From Nitrososphaerales archaeon (GTDB lineage: Archaea > Thermoproteota > Nitrososphaeria > Nitrososphaerales > UBA213), in assembly GCA_965197925.1 (NCBI GenBank), contig CBDAOC010000019.1:256001-320000 (forward strand): a stretch of DNA of 64,000 bases, given 5' to 3'. The notes under the pieces are model-generated. The model worked only from the letters and a program-made list of their open reading frames with translations. It ran no database searches and was not told the DNA's origin. Made by a program: the position numbers and the translations under genes. Numbering within the stretch: the stretch's first letter is position 1; each line of letters starts with the position of its first letter. Below are positions 10,873 to 22,639 of the stretch, one piece after another.

Positions 10873-12322
10873 GTGAAAATAGACCTTACTTATATCATTA
10901 AAACTTCTTTCTTGTACTGAATTCTTGCAGCAAGTTTTTCTCTTATAGGATTTCTGTTACTAGAACACCAATACCTCGACAATCCATTAACGGGAGGACT
11001 TGACATAGTGCACATTGGAGGGCATATTCTTTTGGGTTTGATGGCCGGTGCCGCAAGCCTGAGTTTAAGATACCTTATTCTAGCCGGCTCTCTTGCCATT
11101 GTGATTGACTCATCACTTTATACAACTTTTGAATATTGAGGCAATTGGAAGGATGGGTCACTCGATTCCTTTTGGAATTATCTCTGCAGTTATCATGATG
11201 TTTGTTTTTGGTAAGAAAGACTATCTATTGGGCGGAGTAGTTTTCTCAGCTATGTTAGCCCAATAGCCAACTCATCTCAAAACCCTACAATACATCAAAA
11301 ATGATGCAAGATTAACAAATGCCAGATAGTTTTCTGCCGTTCTTTCATACCTGATTCTTGTTCTGTGAAATCCATTCTTGAGCCATGCAAAGAATCTCTC
11401 AACTACAAATCTTGTCTTGTTGTAATGTTTGTAATCATTATTTTGCAAGATGAACTTGGAATTTATTTTGTATGGGATGCAACATGCAATATTTCTATCC
11501 CACAAATACATTCTGATGTATTTTGCATCATTTTGTCTGCATAAACTGGTTCTATCTGTTGTATTGAATCATCATCAAGATAGTCTGAAATTGATCCTGT
11601 AACATCCATGCATTTTGTACTGTCATGTTCATTTGCTGGACTCAACAGTATGGATATTGGAAATCCGTTACTCTCTACTGCGGCATGTATTTTTGTACCT
11701 GTTATTCTCTTGAATCCATTATATCCAGTTACATTGCCCCTTTTTTATCAGGAATGGATGAAGAGTCAACTGATATTTTTTGTAGATTAATTTTGCCAGA
11801 TTTATGTGCTGAGTGAATAGTACGTGATAGAATATTTTTCCAGATTCCTTTTTGTTGCCATTTGTTTAACCTTCTGTTTGCAGTAGAATCATCACCATAT
11901 CTTTTTGGCATATCGTCCCATCGGCATCCAGTAGTTAGAACATGGATTATTCCGTTAATGATTTTTCTATCATCATCTCTAGGCCTGCCAGTTTTTGCAT
12001 GTGGTGGTATGTGTGATTCCATCATACTCCACTGTTTGTCTGATAATTCTTGGAATTTCATAAAATAATTTTAGATGTCGCTATTCATAGATCTAAATGG
12101 TCGCTAAAAATTGTCTAAATGGTTAGTTTTGAGATGAGTTGAGCATTTGACACCTATACCGGCTCAGGAAACTTTCCTCTCTTTACTCCCTTTTACAACG
12201 AATTGATAAGATTTCAAAATGCAGATTGGGTATTTTTTGAGCTAGGGGCAGTCATAATAATAGGGTTGCTCATGATGAAAACCAAGTTGATGAATGAAAA
12301 AACTCAACAAATGGTTAGTTGA
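10873..12322 (+). pseudogene. Conserved thaumarchaeal-type membrane protein interrupted by an IS5
   Basis: Left part reads HIGGHILLGLMAGAASLSLRYLILAGSLAIVID...RMGHSIPFG; reading resumes (IAFDTL...) after the IS. Confidence 0.55.
11268..12141 (-). mobile_element. IS5-family element (IS427/IS1031-like), transposase fragmented
   Basis: Perfect 16-bp TIRs CAACTCATCTCAAAAC; 3-bp TSD AGC; ORFs LSDKQW...GRPRDDDRKIINGI...TGCRW, VDSS and RFVVERFFAWLK...RYER. Confidence 0.93.
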
Positions 12323-12546
12323 AATTGTCCAGCGATAAATTTCTTTATATATTAATTTGTAATATTTCTCGTTGTAGTTCGTAAATGGATTAGTAATTAG
12401 ATCCACAAATCCATCTGTATTGAGTTGTCATTAAGAAAAGATAATAATTAATGCTAAAGTTCATGATTTGTTAACTGATCACTTAGAAAATTGTATGCTA
12501 ACTGTCTGTCTCAAGATTTCCACACACAAGTATTTATGTCTATTAT

Positions 12547-13134
12547 TTGGTACTTTCTATAATGAGAAGACAACTACTACCTTTTGTTCTTGGTAGTGCA
12601 TTAGTGCTTGCAATGATTCTGCCAGTATACAATGTAAAAGCGCAACTTGATCCATACGTAGATCTAAAGTGCCTAAACAAGAAGGTAACCATTATGGGAA
12701 CGCCTGGTAATGACGTTATAACCGGTACGTTGGGTAATGATGTTATTCATAGATTGAGTGGAAATGACCTCATTATGGGACTTGAAGGTAATGACCGTAT
12801 ATGTGGTAATTCAGGTGAAGATCAGATATTTGGAGGAGACGGAAATGATCGCATAGCAGGCGGTGATGGCGACGATGAATTACATGGCGGAGACGTAAAT
12901 GACAGAATGTATGCTCATGGAGGGGATGATATGCTATTTGGAGGAGACGGAAATGACTTCTTGGGAGGAGGCACGGGAAATGATAGCGTTCTAGGACAGG
13001 GCGGCAACGACCATCTACAAGGCTTTGATGGTAATGATGAACTTGACGGCGGTGAGGGTAATAACAGACTTAATGGTGGAGATGGAATAGACGATTGTCA
13101 GAATGCAAATAAAGAACAGAATTGTGAAATCTGA
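12547..13134 (+). CDS. Secreted RTX/hemolysin-type Ca-binding repeat protein
   Basis: Signal peptide followed by many GGxGxDxL nonapeptides. Confidence 0.9.
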   Translation: MVLSIMRRQLLPFVLGSALVLAMILPVYNVKAQLDPYVDLKCLNKKVTIMGTPGNDVITGTLGNDVIHRLSGNDLIMGLEGNDRICGNSGEDQIFGGDGNDRIAGGDGDDELHGGDVNDRMYAHGGDDMLFGGDGNDFLGGGTGNDSVLGQGGNDHLQGFDGNDELDGGEGNNRLNGGDGIDDCQNANKEQNCEI

Positions 13135-13449
13135 TAAATAGGCGAATAAAGCATTAGCCTATAACGATCTTTATTTTCCTTTTTTCATTACTTTGGTCTT
13201 ATTAATTAATATAGGATTACTGTATATAGCATTATTTTTTACCAATTTCTTTTTTCTGTACTAAAATTAATTGTGTAAAATAATAATTCTTAATTGGTAA
13301 ATATGCAATAGAGTATAGGAATAATCTATTACATCTTTAAGAAAGACCTACTAGAGAATAGATGAATATTCCTTCTACAAGCTGGTAGGTAAATCACCTA
13401 AGAGATGAGCCCTAGGATATAATAGATAAAGTAAATGTTTTTACTTGAT

Positions 13450-14110
13450 TTAGTTTATCAAGTCATATGCTTCATGCAATTTAAGATGGGCCTGATACAC
13501 CTCTTTATTGGATAACATCTCACTCGCTTCTTCTCTCAACTGGTCAGCTTCATCAATCTGTTCTAATCTCGTAGAACCCATCATTTTCATCGGTGTAAAG
13601 TTCGGTATAGTTTTCGAGCTGTAACTCAAGTTCAAGTATTGCACTTTTACAATAATCAGCCATGTATGGTTTGAGCGCTCTTGAACTAGGGTCCTTAATG
13701 GTATCTACCGTAACACTACAGGCTCACGCTACAACTCCTATAGCAGATTCCTCCAAATCTGTTCCTGCTTGTGACTGCAAATGGATATTATTGCAGTAAA
13801 TATTAGCAAGTATGTTTGCAGCGGGTTCAGGCTTGCTTGTTTCGTTCAACCGTACCTTGATAGCATTCATCATTACAATACATTTTTCATCTGTAAATGT
13901 TGATGCATTATGAATATTACCATAGCCTATGAGTGAGGCCGTTAAAGTTTGCCATATAGTTCCAGATAAATCATTGAAGTCAGGTGATAAGCCAGCCATG
14001 ATTATTCCAAAAGTTACCAATCCCATGAGGCGGACAATCCTTTTTGTTATAACTTTATTTTTTCTGATACTCATATTCTTTACCTTCCCTATTCCAATAT
14101 GATATTTCAT
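13450..14110 (-). pseudogene. Paralog of the N-terminal Cys-patterned domain of 20060-21111, with a nonsense codon and a frameshift
   Basis: Read-through gives AANILANIYC...GVVA*ACSVTVDTIKDPSSRALKPYMADYCKSA, aligning to AAKTLTSIYC...LIAWACSVASGTIDEESSKKLKPYSNEYCESA. Confidence 0.7.
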
Positions 14111-15989
14111 TATATTATCGGGTTGAGATTTGTCATGGATCTGAAGGCATAGATAAGCAAATTCAACATTACTACTATAAATAATAGCGATCCTAGCAGA
14201 GAACCTTTTCGTTCGAAGTTTGTTAACCTAAAAAGCATTATGGATGCAGGGATTTGGAGCGGCATATTATAGATTATTCTTGTCTGCATAACATAGTCAC
14301 CAAAGAGAATTGGCAAAATACCTACAAAGAGTGATGAGAGTAAGATGTTGTCGAAGCTGTTGTTAAACTTAGCTTTCAAAACCCAGAGGAGAGCAAGCAA
14401 AAGTAATACAGCGTTCGTGAAGTATCCCCTACGTACGCGTTAAAGGTGAAACGCAAATTGTCCCATCTTGAAAAGAACTCTTCCTCTCCCACAGTTCTCT
14501 GCGCGAACCAGATATCCGATTCTAAACCACTCGAACTCCCCCAATATGTTCTTGTAATGTCAACGCCAACATTTGCTATTATTATAATTCCTAGAATCAC
14601 AGATATCTTCACTTTCTGTTTCTGCTGTCTATTCTTTGCATAGGAAATAGCAATGAATAGAATGGCAGCTGCCATAAGGTAGGTCCATGTGTATAAGTGA
14701 ATGAAGAGTGTTAACAATGTGGTGGCAAGAAATGCAGTATAGTAGTAATGGGTTTTTTTGTAGTTTGTTTTATCTCCATTATTCCAAGCCGCAATCAAAA
14801 ATAGCAGTGATAGATATGTGGTAACTAATGCCTAACCAGTTTGCAAAAAATCCTGCATACATGCCTACGACAAAATGGAATGACACCACGGTGAAAAGAG
14901 CTGATAGAGATGCTAAATTTTTCCTTCAGGTGCCGATCTTCACAAAATAGTAGACAACAGTAATCAACATCGGACTAAGAATGACAGGTAGGAATCTTAC
15001 AACGACGATAGTTGGCAGTCCTGTAAATGTTTGTATTCCATAGATGAAAAGCAAGCTCAGAGGCCTATCACCTTTATTGACCTCTGTAAATGCCGCAGCT
15101 AGATTATCGCTCTTTCGTAATTCGTCTAACCAATCAACATAATAATGCTCATCAACTGTTGTGCTGAATTCCTGGTTTATCATTGGATAAGAGGCATAGA
15201 TGGTAAGCACAAATGAAAGACCGTAGGCTGACGCTAGTATCCATTTATGGACTTTCCTTCTATGAGTTCCGTCTAAATTGACTTTTGCATCGTTATTCCT
15301 GTCACCATAATCGTACACATCCATTTTTATGGACGACCATAATGGAATTCTGTTCAACTATGATGTAATATTTTTCAAGGATGGTTTATAGAGAAAAGCG
15401 GACAGGATCAAGATCATGATTAAGGCAGATAACAATCCAAATGTATGGAACAAATGAGCTTCAAGCTCTGCCGCTTTCCAACTCGTCCCCGTACATTGGG
15501 CTCGGAAAAATAGGGTAACTCAACCATCTTAACAGTGCCATTGATTCAAAACCAATTATGAAGATGACCGTTGTAACAACAATCGTATGCAACTTCAAAC
15601 GAGTGCCAATAACTCTATCTCTATACAGAAACAGGAGAACAGCTACCGATGGTATGGTTAAGAAAGGAGATTTCAATTATTGAAGGAGAATAAATTCCGG
15701 TTATAGCAATAGCCGTAGCTATAGCAGGAACATATACAGCGTAAACTCGTGTTGGTACAATAAGCCAAATCACCAAGAAGGTAATGACCAGTATCAGGAT
15801 ACTATCTACAAAGAAAGAACCTGTGAAAGAACCACTGAAGGTTTGAAGGTCAGTAATCCTGTGAATCGTTGCGTAATATTCGATATCTGCAAATGAGAGC
15901 ATTCTTAGTATGTACAATAATAGAAGGAAAGAAAGAACAGAATGTAACCAGAAATTACCCAAACGGGAATAGTTAAGTCCGTATTTCAT
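14110..15989 (-). pseudogene. Large polytopic membrane protein (GT-C/glycan polymerase-like) split into five ORFs
   Basis: Consecutive hydrophobic ORFs in shifting frames; TTVDEHYY loop motif typical of GT-C folds. Confidence 0.55.
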
Positions 15990-16093
15990 TTTCTTGAGAA
16001 ATCCACTTTATATTCTGCTTATTTTCTATTCAGTAATGAATCTATTCTTTATTTATTGATGATAAATTACCCATACCCTATGGTCTCATAAAG

Positions 16094-16234
16094 CTAGTTT
16101 GAATTGAATTCTAATGACGTCATTACGGTAAGGTCTTCGTATGTTGCTTTAACTGAATAAACTCCGTCAATCACAATCGGACCTTTCATCTCTACGGTCA
16201 TATGGTATATTCCATCCATGTTGGGCAAAACTAT
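16094..16234 (-). pseudogene. Orphan C-terminal fragment paralogous to the end of 20060-21111
   Basis: IVLPNMDGIYHMTVEMKGPIVIDGVYSVKATYEDLTVMTSLEFNSN* versus VMHDMEGIYHTTMEMKGSLAIDGVYTVKATYLGYAIQTTLEVSSN*. Confidence 0.75.
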
Positions 16235-16283
16235 TTCTTATATTTCTTTTAGTAGCAGCTGCCATAGCGATCACTTTCCATTT

Positions 16284-16875
16284 TTAAAAGATGTAAAGGG
16301 TTTTTCTTGGCAATTTCTCAAAGAATGATATTAGACTCACCTTAAGTTCTGCCAAGTAACCTAACTTCCTTAGAGTAATAAGGATACTCTGAGTACTTTG
16401 TTCAGGACCATGGTTTTCGGTGTCTATAATTACTTCTGGGTTTAAGGGTTCTTCATAAGGATCCTGCAATCCAGTAAAGTTAACAATTTCACCATTAAGT
16501 GCTTTTTTGTAGAGTCCCTTGGGGTCTTTCTTTAAACAAGTTTCTATTGAAGTTCTTACATACACTTCGATAAAATTTCCTATTTCTTTTCTTGCGAATT
16601 CCCTGAATACACGGTATGGTGAGATTAGAGAGACTTGCAATTATTCCGTTTCTTACCATCAACTTGCTCAGGTATGCTACTCTTCTGGCTTGCAATTCTC
16701 TATCCTTCTTCTCGAAACCAAGATCTGGACTCAGTGCCATTCTTACTTCATCTCCATCGAATAATTCCACTTTTAGATCCATTTCTTTTAGTTGTTGATA
16801 GAGTATTCTAGCAATCGTAGTCTTACCGGAGCCAGGTAGTCCTGTCAGCCAGACCACGAAACCTACTCTATCCAT
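16284..16875 (-). pseudogene. cysC: Adenylyl-sulfate (APS) kinase, frameshifted near 16640
   Basis: WLTGLPGSGKTT P-loop, FDGDEVR, then ISPYR, DPKGLYKKA and FTGLQDPYEEP in the next frame. Confidence 0.88.
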
Positions 16876-17138
16876 TTTTTATTCTCCTTATAACCAACCT
16901 ACTTTCAGCTTGCATTTCTACGTTTGTCAGATCTAAACAGTACTGTTTTTTGTGAATGGGTAATGGAATTTGCTAATCATGTTTGAGATAAATTAGTCCT
17001 ATTCTCTAGCAAAGTATCAAAGTGTTATTGGGATCGATACCATACATTCATGTTTTTCCTTCACAATTTGGTCCCTCAATTCAATCTCAATAGACTGGAT
17101 TCTTTATGTCTCTCCAATTGAACCAGATAATCTTCATG

Positions 17139-17924
17139 CTAGAGCGCAAAAAGGGGCTTATAGCCAGGTGTTTCTATATCCATGTTCCTCTGATACCACT
17201 TGAGCACTCTAAGTCTATAGCTAATGCCGAGAATGTCTATGAACATTCTAACAACATCCTTGATTTTGAAGCTTCTGTTAATTTCTAACTGTACCGGCAT
17301 TTCTACAATTCTAAGGCCAAGCAAGTTGCCAACCGCTAGCATCTCTACATCAAACGCGTACTTATTGACCAAAACTCTTGTAAAGATCTTTTTGAAGGCC
17401 TCTGCTTTGCCTGCTTTAAGCCCAACCTGTGTATCGTTGATCTTCATATTCAAAATAGGATTTACAAGTAGATGAAATCCTAAACTTAGTAACTTCCTGA
17501 TCATCGGTACCTTCACTTTAGAATCATGATGATGCTTTGAACCTATGATGATATCAGCACTTTTCAGCTCATTTAGACATGATGTGATCACATGGGGGTT
17601 GATATTTCCGTCTCCATCTATGTAGAGTATGTTCTTTCCTTCAGCTGATAACACCCCCTGCTTAACGGCGTAACCCTTGTCCATGTTTGGTTTGTAACTG
17701 ATCAGTCTTACCCTTCGATCCGCGGGATATACATTGTTCACTACTGATCTGGTGTTATCTATACTGCCATCATTTACTACCAGGATCTCGTATTCTTCCG
17801 TGAAGTGGCTCATTATGCGTTTGATGCGCTCAATTGAGGCTTCTATATACTGTTCTCCATTGTAAACTGGAATGACGATAGAGACGTTTGGCCCTGTTCT
17901 CTGTATCTGCTCCTGTGCTACCAA
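17139..17924 (-). CDS. GT2 glycosyltransferase (Dpm1/dolichyl-phosphate glucosyltransferase-like)
   Basis: VSIVIPVYN, VVNDGS, YIDGDG, DTQVGLK, YAFDVE; likely TTG start at 17924. Confidence 0.9.
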   Translation of the reverse strand: MVAQEQIQRTGPNVSIVIPVYNGEQYIEASIERIKRIMSHFTEEYEILVVNDGSIDNTRSVVNNVYPADRRVRLISYKPNMDKGYAVKQGVLSAEGKNILYIDGDGNINPHVITSCLNELKSADIIIGSKHHHDSKVKVPMIRKLLSLGFHLLVNPILNMKINDTQVGLKAGKAEAFKKIFTRVLVNKYAFDVEMLAVGNLLGLRIVEMPVQLEINRSFKIKDVVRMFIDILGISYRLRVLKWYQRNMDIETPGYKPLFAL

Positions 17925-18376
17925 ACATTTCCCCCCAATCTCATATTCGAGTAGTATGCTGAAAATCCATACCATCTCACTATTTCTTGATCGTTGATCC
18001 ATTTCGATGATCCTACCCATCCCATTGCATGAGCTGCTCTGTAGGATGATTCTGCGATAGGTCGACCGATCCTATCTATCATAGTCAAGAACGAGTTCTG
18101 TAATCCAGAGATTAATTTCCCTAATATCCTGGCAATTACCGTCGCAAGTGTAGCATTATTCACTATTTTTACATGCCTTGTTATGAGACCACAAAGGATC
18201 CTGTCTTGGTCTGTGAGTGATTGGAACCATATTCGCTTTCGCAAAGCTCTAGTTCTTAGATTTGATAGGATCTCTATGACGTTACGAGAGGTAAACAGTC
18301 TTTGAGTGTTCAAACGAACTCTTCTAAAATACCAATTTTTGGAGATAAAAGTTAGCGTCTGTCTCATCGAGAACAT
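17918..18376 (-). CDS. Conserved basic archaeal hypothetical protein overlapping the GT2 start
   Basis: 152-aa ORF with LRTRALRKRIWF...MGW...W motif; TATA-like TTTATTAA upstream. Confidence 0.7.
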   Translation of the reverse strand: MFSMRQTLTFISKNWYFRRVRLNTQRLFTSRNVIEILSNLRTRALRKRIWFQSLTDQDRILCGLITRHVKIVNNATLATVIARILGKLISGLQNSFLTMIDRIGRPIAESSYRAAHAMGWVGSSKWINDQEIVRWYGFSAYYSNMRLGGNVW

Positions 18377-18407
18377 TCCTGTCTTAATAAAGGATTTGAT
18401 ATCTAGG

Positions 18408-18429
18408 TTCTGTTAACTTGGTGTGATCT
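18408..18429. repeat. 22-bp direct repeat, left copy (TTCTGTTAACTTGGTGTGATCT)
   Basis: 21/22 identical to 19496-19517. Confidence 0.85.
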
Positions 18430-18491
18430 AGCTACCAATCTTCTTCATGTTAACTGCCGTGAGCTGGACAAAAAAAAGGAAGAAGGTTGTT

Positions 18492-18656
18492 TTACGTAGC
18501 TGGTTTCAAGACTAATTTGTCACCCTTGATGTTTGTGATTAATTCCTGATTCTTTACCCATTCCAGTTTTTCAACATCTTCCTTTGTCAGGGTTACATAC
18601 CATCTTTTGTATTCCTTGTCACCTGTACGTCGGTTTAACTTTTCACGTAGCTTCAC
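18492..18656 (-). CDS. Small AbrB/MazE/SpoVT-like DNA-binding protein (54 aa)
   Basis: Hand translation from GTG: VKLREKLNRRTGDKEYKRWYVTLTKEDVEKLEWVKNQELITNIKGDKLVLKPAT*; below the ORF-track cutoff. Confidence 0.65.
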   Translation of the reverse strand: MKLREKLNRRTGDKEYKRWYVTLTKEDVEKLEWVKNQELITNIKGDKLVLKPAT

Positions 18657-18710
18657 AGATCGTATATAGTTGTAATCTCAATGTATGCAAGTGAAAATGC
18701 CTTGTGTTAA

Positions 18711-19460
18711 CTATTTTATGAAAAATGGCGGTGTCGCTATACGCTCACTGTCGTTACTGATGCGTCTATCATCAGCGTCGTAATATGTTATGTGGTAATG
18801 TTGATGAATGTATTGGTATGTTCCTGATTCGGCATTGTCTTCTGTAAGCAGTATGTCTATTGCATAGGTTCCATCGTCATTTTGTATCATCTCTGGTATT
18901 TCATCACATCTGTGGGTGCCATACATATCGACATAACTTTGAAAATAACACCCATACCATATTGATTTATTCTTCCCGCCTGTTGTGGATGTGGTTCCTA
19001 TCTGGTCAATAGTTGTTTTCCTGTCAATATGTATTTCTGGATGTGGATTGGTACTAGGTTGTTCAGGTAATACAAGTTTCATTCCCGTAACGTGTACTGT
19101 CTCGCCTATCTCATATTCCAGCTTGTCGGTTTTGATGTACGGTTCTGGTGGAGTATGTTCTTTCACTATGCCGTTGATACTGTCAATCTTTGCCTGCTTC
19201 TTGGCTATCTTGTCCTGTAGTGTATCTATTCTGTTTTCAATTTTGTATTTTTTGTCTTCATACATTTGGATTCTGTTTTCAATTTTGTATTTTTTGTCTT
19301 CAATCATTTGGATCCTCTCAAGTAGCTTGTCAATGCCTTTCTGAATTTTTGCTATCCTGTCATCATCGGATATTGCATATGAACTAACCCCACCCCCCAC
19401 AATACTGCCGATAACGACAACCGAAAGCAGTACTACAGAAAACAAGAGTCGCATATGCAT
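18711..19460 (-). CDS. Secreted coiled-coil protein with an Ig-like C-terminal domain
   Basis: Signal peptide; duplicated RIQMxEDKKYKIEN (42-bp repeat); IKTDKLEYEIGETVHVTG motif. Confidence 0.7.
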   Translation of the reverse strand: MHMRLLFSVVLLSVVVIGSIVGGGVSSYAISDDDRIAKIQKGIDKLLERIQMIEDKKYKIENRIQMYEDKKYKIENRIDTLQDKIAKKQAKIDSINGIVKEHTPPEPYIKTDKLEYEIGETVHVTGMKLVLPEQPSTNPHPEIHIDRKTTIDQIGTTSTTGGKNKSIWYGCYFQSYVDMYGTHRCDEIPEMIQNDDGTYAIDILLTEDNAESGTYQYIHQHYHITYYDADDRRISNDSERIATPPFFIK

Positions 19461-19495
19461 ATATACACGTACTTATGTAGAACCTATAAAAATGA

Positions 19496-19517
19496 TTCTG
19501 TTAACTTGGCGTGATCT
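19496..19517. repeat. 22-bp direct repeat, right copy (TTCTGTTAACTTGGCGTGATCT)
   Basis: 21/22 identical to 18408-18429. Confidence 0.85.
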
Positions 19518-20059
19518 GATATCTATATTCCAGATCTATTTTCTACAAGTAATTCCTTCCGTTGGGTCTAAATCTCTTATCACGAAAATAATATTGATTT
19601 GCTTTTGTTATATTCCAAATAAAGAATATTGGACATCTGACAAAGTTTTAGCTGTAGCAAATACTGCACCTACCGCAGGAAACTTTCAAGGTTTTAAGGT
19701 ATTTTACATTAAAAACAAAAAAACCAGAAGCACTTGTAGAAGCTACAAATGACCAGCATCCTTCAGCTGGACAATCCCATCGATCAGTGTTGGTGATGTC
19801 CTCGTAATAGACTTTAGTGCTACAGAGAATGGGAATGACACACTCCATCGTAGATCACCCAAGCGGGAATGATCAAGCTCATATTTTATTTTCTTGAAAA
19901 TTCAACTTGATTTTCTACTTGTTCTAATTCTATTTATTCTACTTGAACTGCTCAGCAATGAATTCATGTTTCACTCATTAACAACAAAATATCGATTATT
20001 GATAATACTAAGGAATCTTTTATCAGATTTATCATGATAATACCATAGTCAAACCAATT

Positions 20060-21111
20060 TTAGTTTGAACTTACTTCCAATGTTGTCTGTATAGCATAGC
20101 CTAAATAAGTTGCTTTCACTGTATAGACTCCATCAATTGCGAGTGAGCCTTTCATCTCCATGGTTGTATGGTATATTCCTTCCATATCATGCATAACCTG
20201 TTCAATTTCATATATCTGGTTATTTGGATTAAACACTTGGATTGTTACTGCCTCGCCATCGTAAAATAGTGGTACTTTCCCAATTACCTTTACAGTTTCG
20301 TTTTGGATTCCTGCTGAAACATCGAATATACCTGCCCTATTTGAGAGTTGAATTATCGTAAATCCAATTTTGGAACTATCCTTTGCGTAATGCCTTTCGT
20401 TAACCTCGAACTCTTCTTTTATCTTCGTTCTCTCTACAAATTCGGTTTTGCTCCTTTCCTCTTTATCTTCCACTAGAGGTATACTCTCCTCAGGCACTGT
20501 TACTTGTCTTGGCACCGAGTCGAGTAGGTCTTGTACCTCTTCCAGCAAAAGTTGTGCCACAAATACTTCGTTCCTAGTGAGCATTTCCTTAACATTCTCG
20601 ATCAATAAATCTACTGTTTCTATTACACGTAGATAAATGGAATCAGCCTCTACTTCGATCATGCGAGAAATTTCTTCGTATTTTTCAGCCTTCAGTCTTG
20701 CAAAGGTGGTTGCGCTTTCACAGTATTCGTTACTGTAAGGTTTGAGTTTCTTTGAACTTTCTTCATCTATAGTACCAGAAGCTACACTACATGCCCATGC
20801 AATGAGTATTGAACCATCCTCTGAATTTGTTGTGAACTGTTGTTGCAGATCAGTTCTATCACAGTATATACTTGTGAGTGTTTTGGCTGCATCCTCAGAC
20901 TTTTTAGTTTCTTCCATCAATTGTGCAACAATTTCGCCATTCGTTTTAACACATATGTCATCTGTCGAGTTCAAACGAGCATTCCATACTTGTATTTTCT
21001 GTGGTATGCCCCCTATCTCTGGGTATAATGCCCCAATTGTTATCATCACCACTATTATTCCTAAAGTCTAGGGGCGGTAATCTTTATGACCCTTTTGTGT
21101 TTTTTACTCAT
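20060..21111 (-). CDS. Membrane-anchored surface protein: Cys-patterned N-domain, helical middle, thaumarchaeal Ig-like C-domain; 5' end appears frameshifted
   Basis: ORF 20060-21052 plus upstream MSKKHKRVIK from ATG 21111; VTIQVFNPN...DGVYTVKATY. Confidence 0.65.
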
Positions 21112-21459
21112 TTTTCATTCTCTAGCAATTTAGGTGGTGATTTTATGAATCTAGTTCATGGAAAAGTTTCTTGAACAAGAGCAACAAAGTATAGATCTGG
21201 TTCAGCATCATTCATCTGATTATCTATTCTCCATTCCTCACAATCAAATATGACAGCTTTCATTCCTAATATTGTAATTCTACGAAGATACGAAATGGCC
21301 TGTCTTGATTTCTTTTATCCATAATATCTATGGTTGTTTTAATCTTTGAAATTCTCTTCATTTCTAGAATGATCATTACCTTTATTGTCGTTAATATTTA
21401 GCACCCAATTATTGCGTCTGAAGTTATTATCGTTCAACCTGTGAAGCCCACAGAGACAC

Positions 21460-22575
21460 TTATTGCAGTGAGAGGGATATAACGACGGCCATTCCTAAAC
21501 CGATCAATCCAAACATACTTCCGAGTATATACAGCATCAGCGTTAATGAACTCAGGTAGATTACTGCGCCAATAAAAACAGGTTTACTCCTTTCCCTGCC
21601 TAGAAGTCTTGAGTTGATGATAGAGTTTATAGTCATCGGAATTATGCCAAAACTCATTATTTGAGTTGCTGGTATTGATTCTATATAATTAGGGAATAAC
21701 TGTTCTATTACGAAGGGACTAACTAAGAATAAGATGATAGCAAAAATAACTGATGTCACTAATCCAGCAAATCTGACCTTTTTTCTTTCAAGTCCGGTTG
21801 ACTCTTGAGGTAGGAGGTATTGGAATAAGGTTGCAGGTATTAGTCCAAGGAACATTAGGAACTAAAAACCGAGCTGATACAGACCTAAAACGGTAAATCC
21901 AAATAATGGCGCAATAATTAATTTGTCTGCATAAAGTGTTAAGGCTTGTGATAAAGTAAGGGAATAACTGTGAGTCATAAAGGCAAAGCGCGGTCTGAGT
22001 TCACTGATAGCAAACGAGAAATTTCTAAAGGTCTTGAAGAACCGATAGCTGAAGGTTAAGGCAGCAATTGCGTATCCTATTATGATTCCATCAATCCCTA
22101 TTACAAAATAAAGGCCTATAGATAGTGCCACTTGTGATGCTCTTTCGGCTATTAGTAAGAAAAAATATTTTTTATATAACTTTCCTCCTAAGAGCTCTGC
22201 TACTGACATCGTGAAGAAACTCAGACCTATGATGAGAAAACTTAATGGTGGATAATTCATGAATATTAGCAATATGAATACGAACGAATTAGAAACCAGC
22301 ACCACTAGATTCGCTTGATGCCTTATCTTCTCAAAGCCCTTTGCTACAAACGTTATGACTGTTGTATTTAGACCTAATAAGGAAACAACGCTTAACATTG
22401 AACCTATGGCAATGTAGTAATTCAACCTTCCATAGTCTTCAGTAGCCAAGATTGATGCAAGGGCAAACCAAAATAATCCTCCCAGAATAGAGGCTAATAG
22501 ATTACCTGCTCCTACATACGTTAACCCCGAATCTAATTTAGTGGCCCTAAGTATCTTCTTTATCGATGCTATCAT
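21460..22575 (-). pseudogene. Wzx/MOP-family oligosaccharide flippase, split near 21860
   Basis: GNLLASILGGLFWFALASILATEDYG, LLGLNT, ADKLIIAPLFGFTVLGLY; second half in another frame. Confidence 0.82.
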
Positions 22576-22639
22576 GATTTGTTTACCTTATAAGTAACCA
22601 TCATCATAGTCTGCTATCACAGGCACCTCAATGTCTTTC

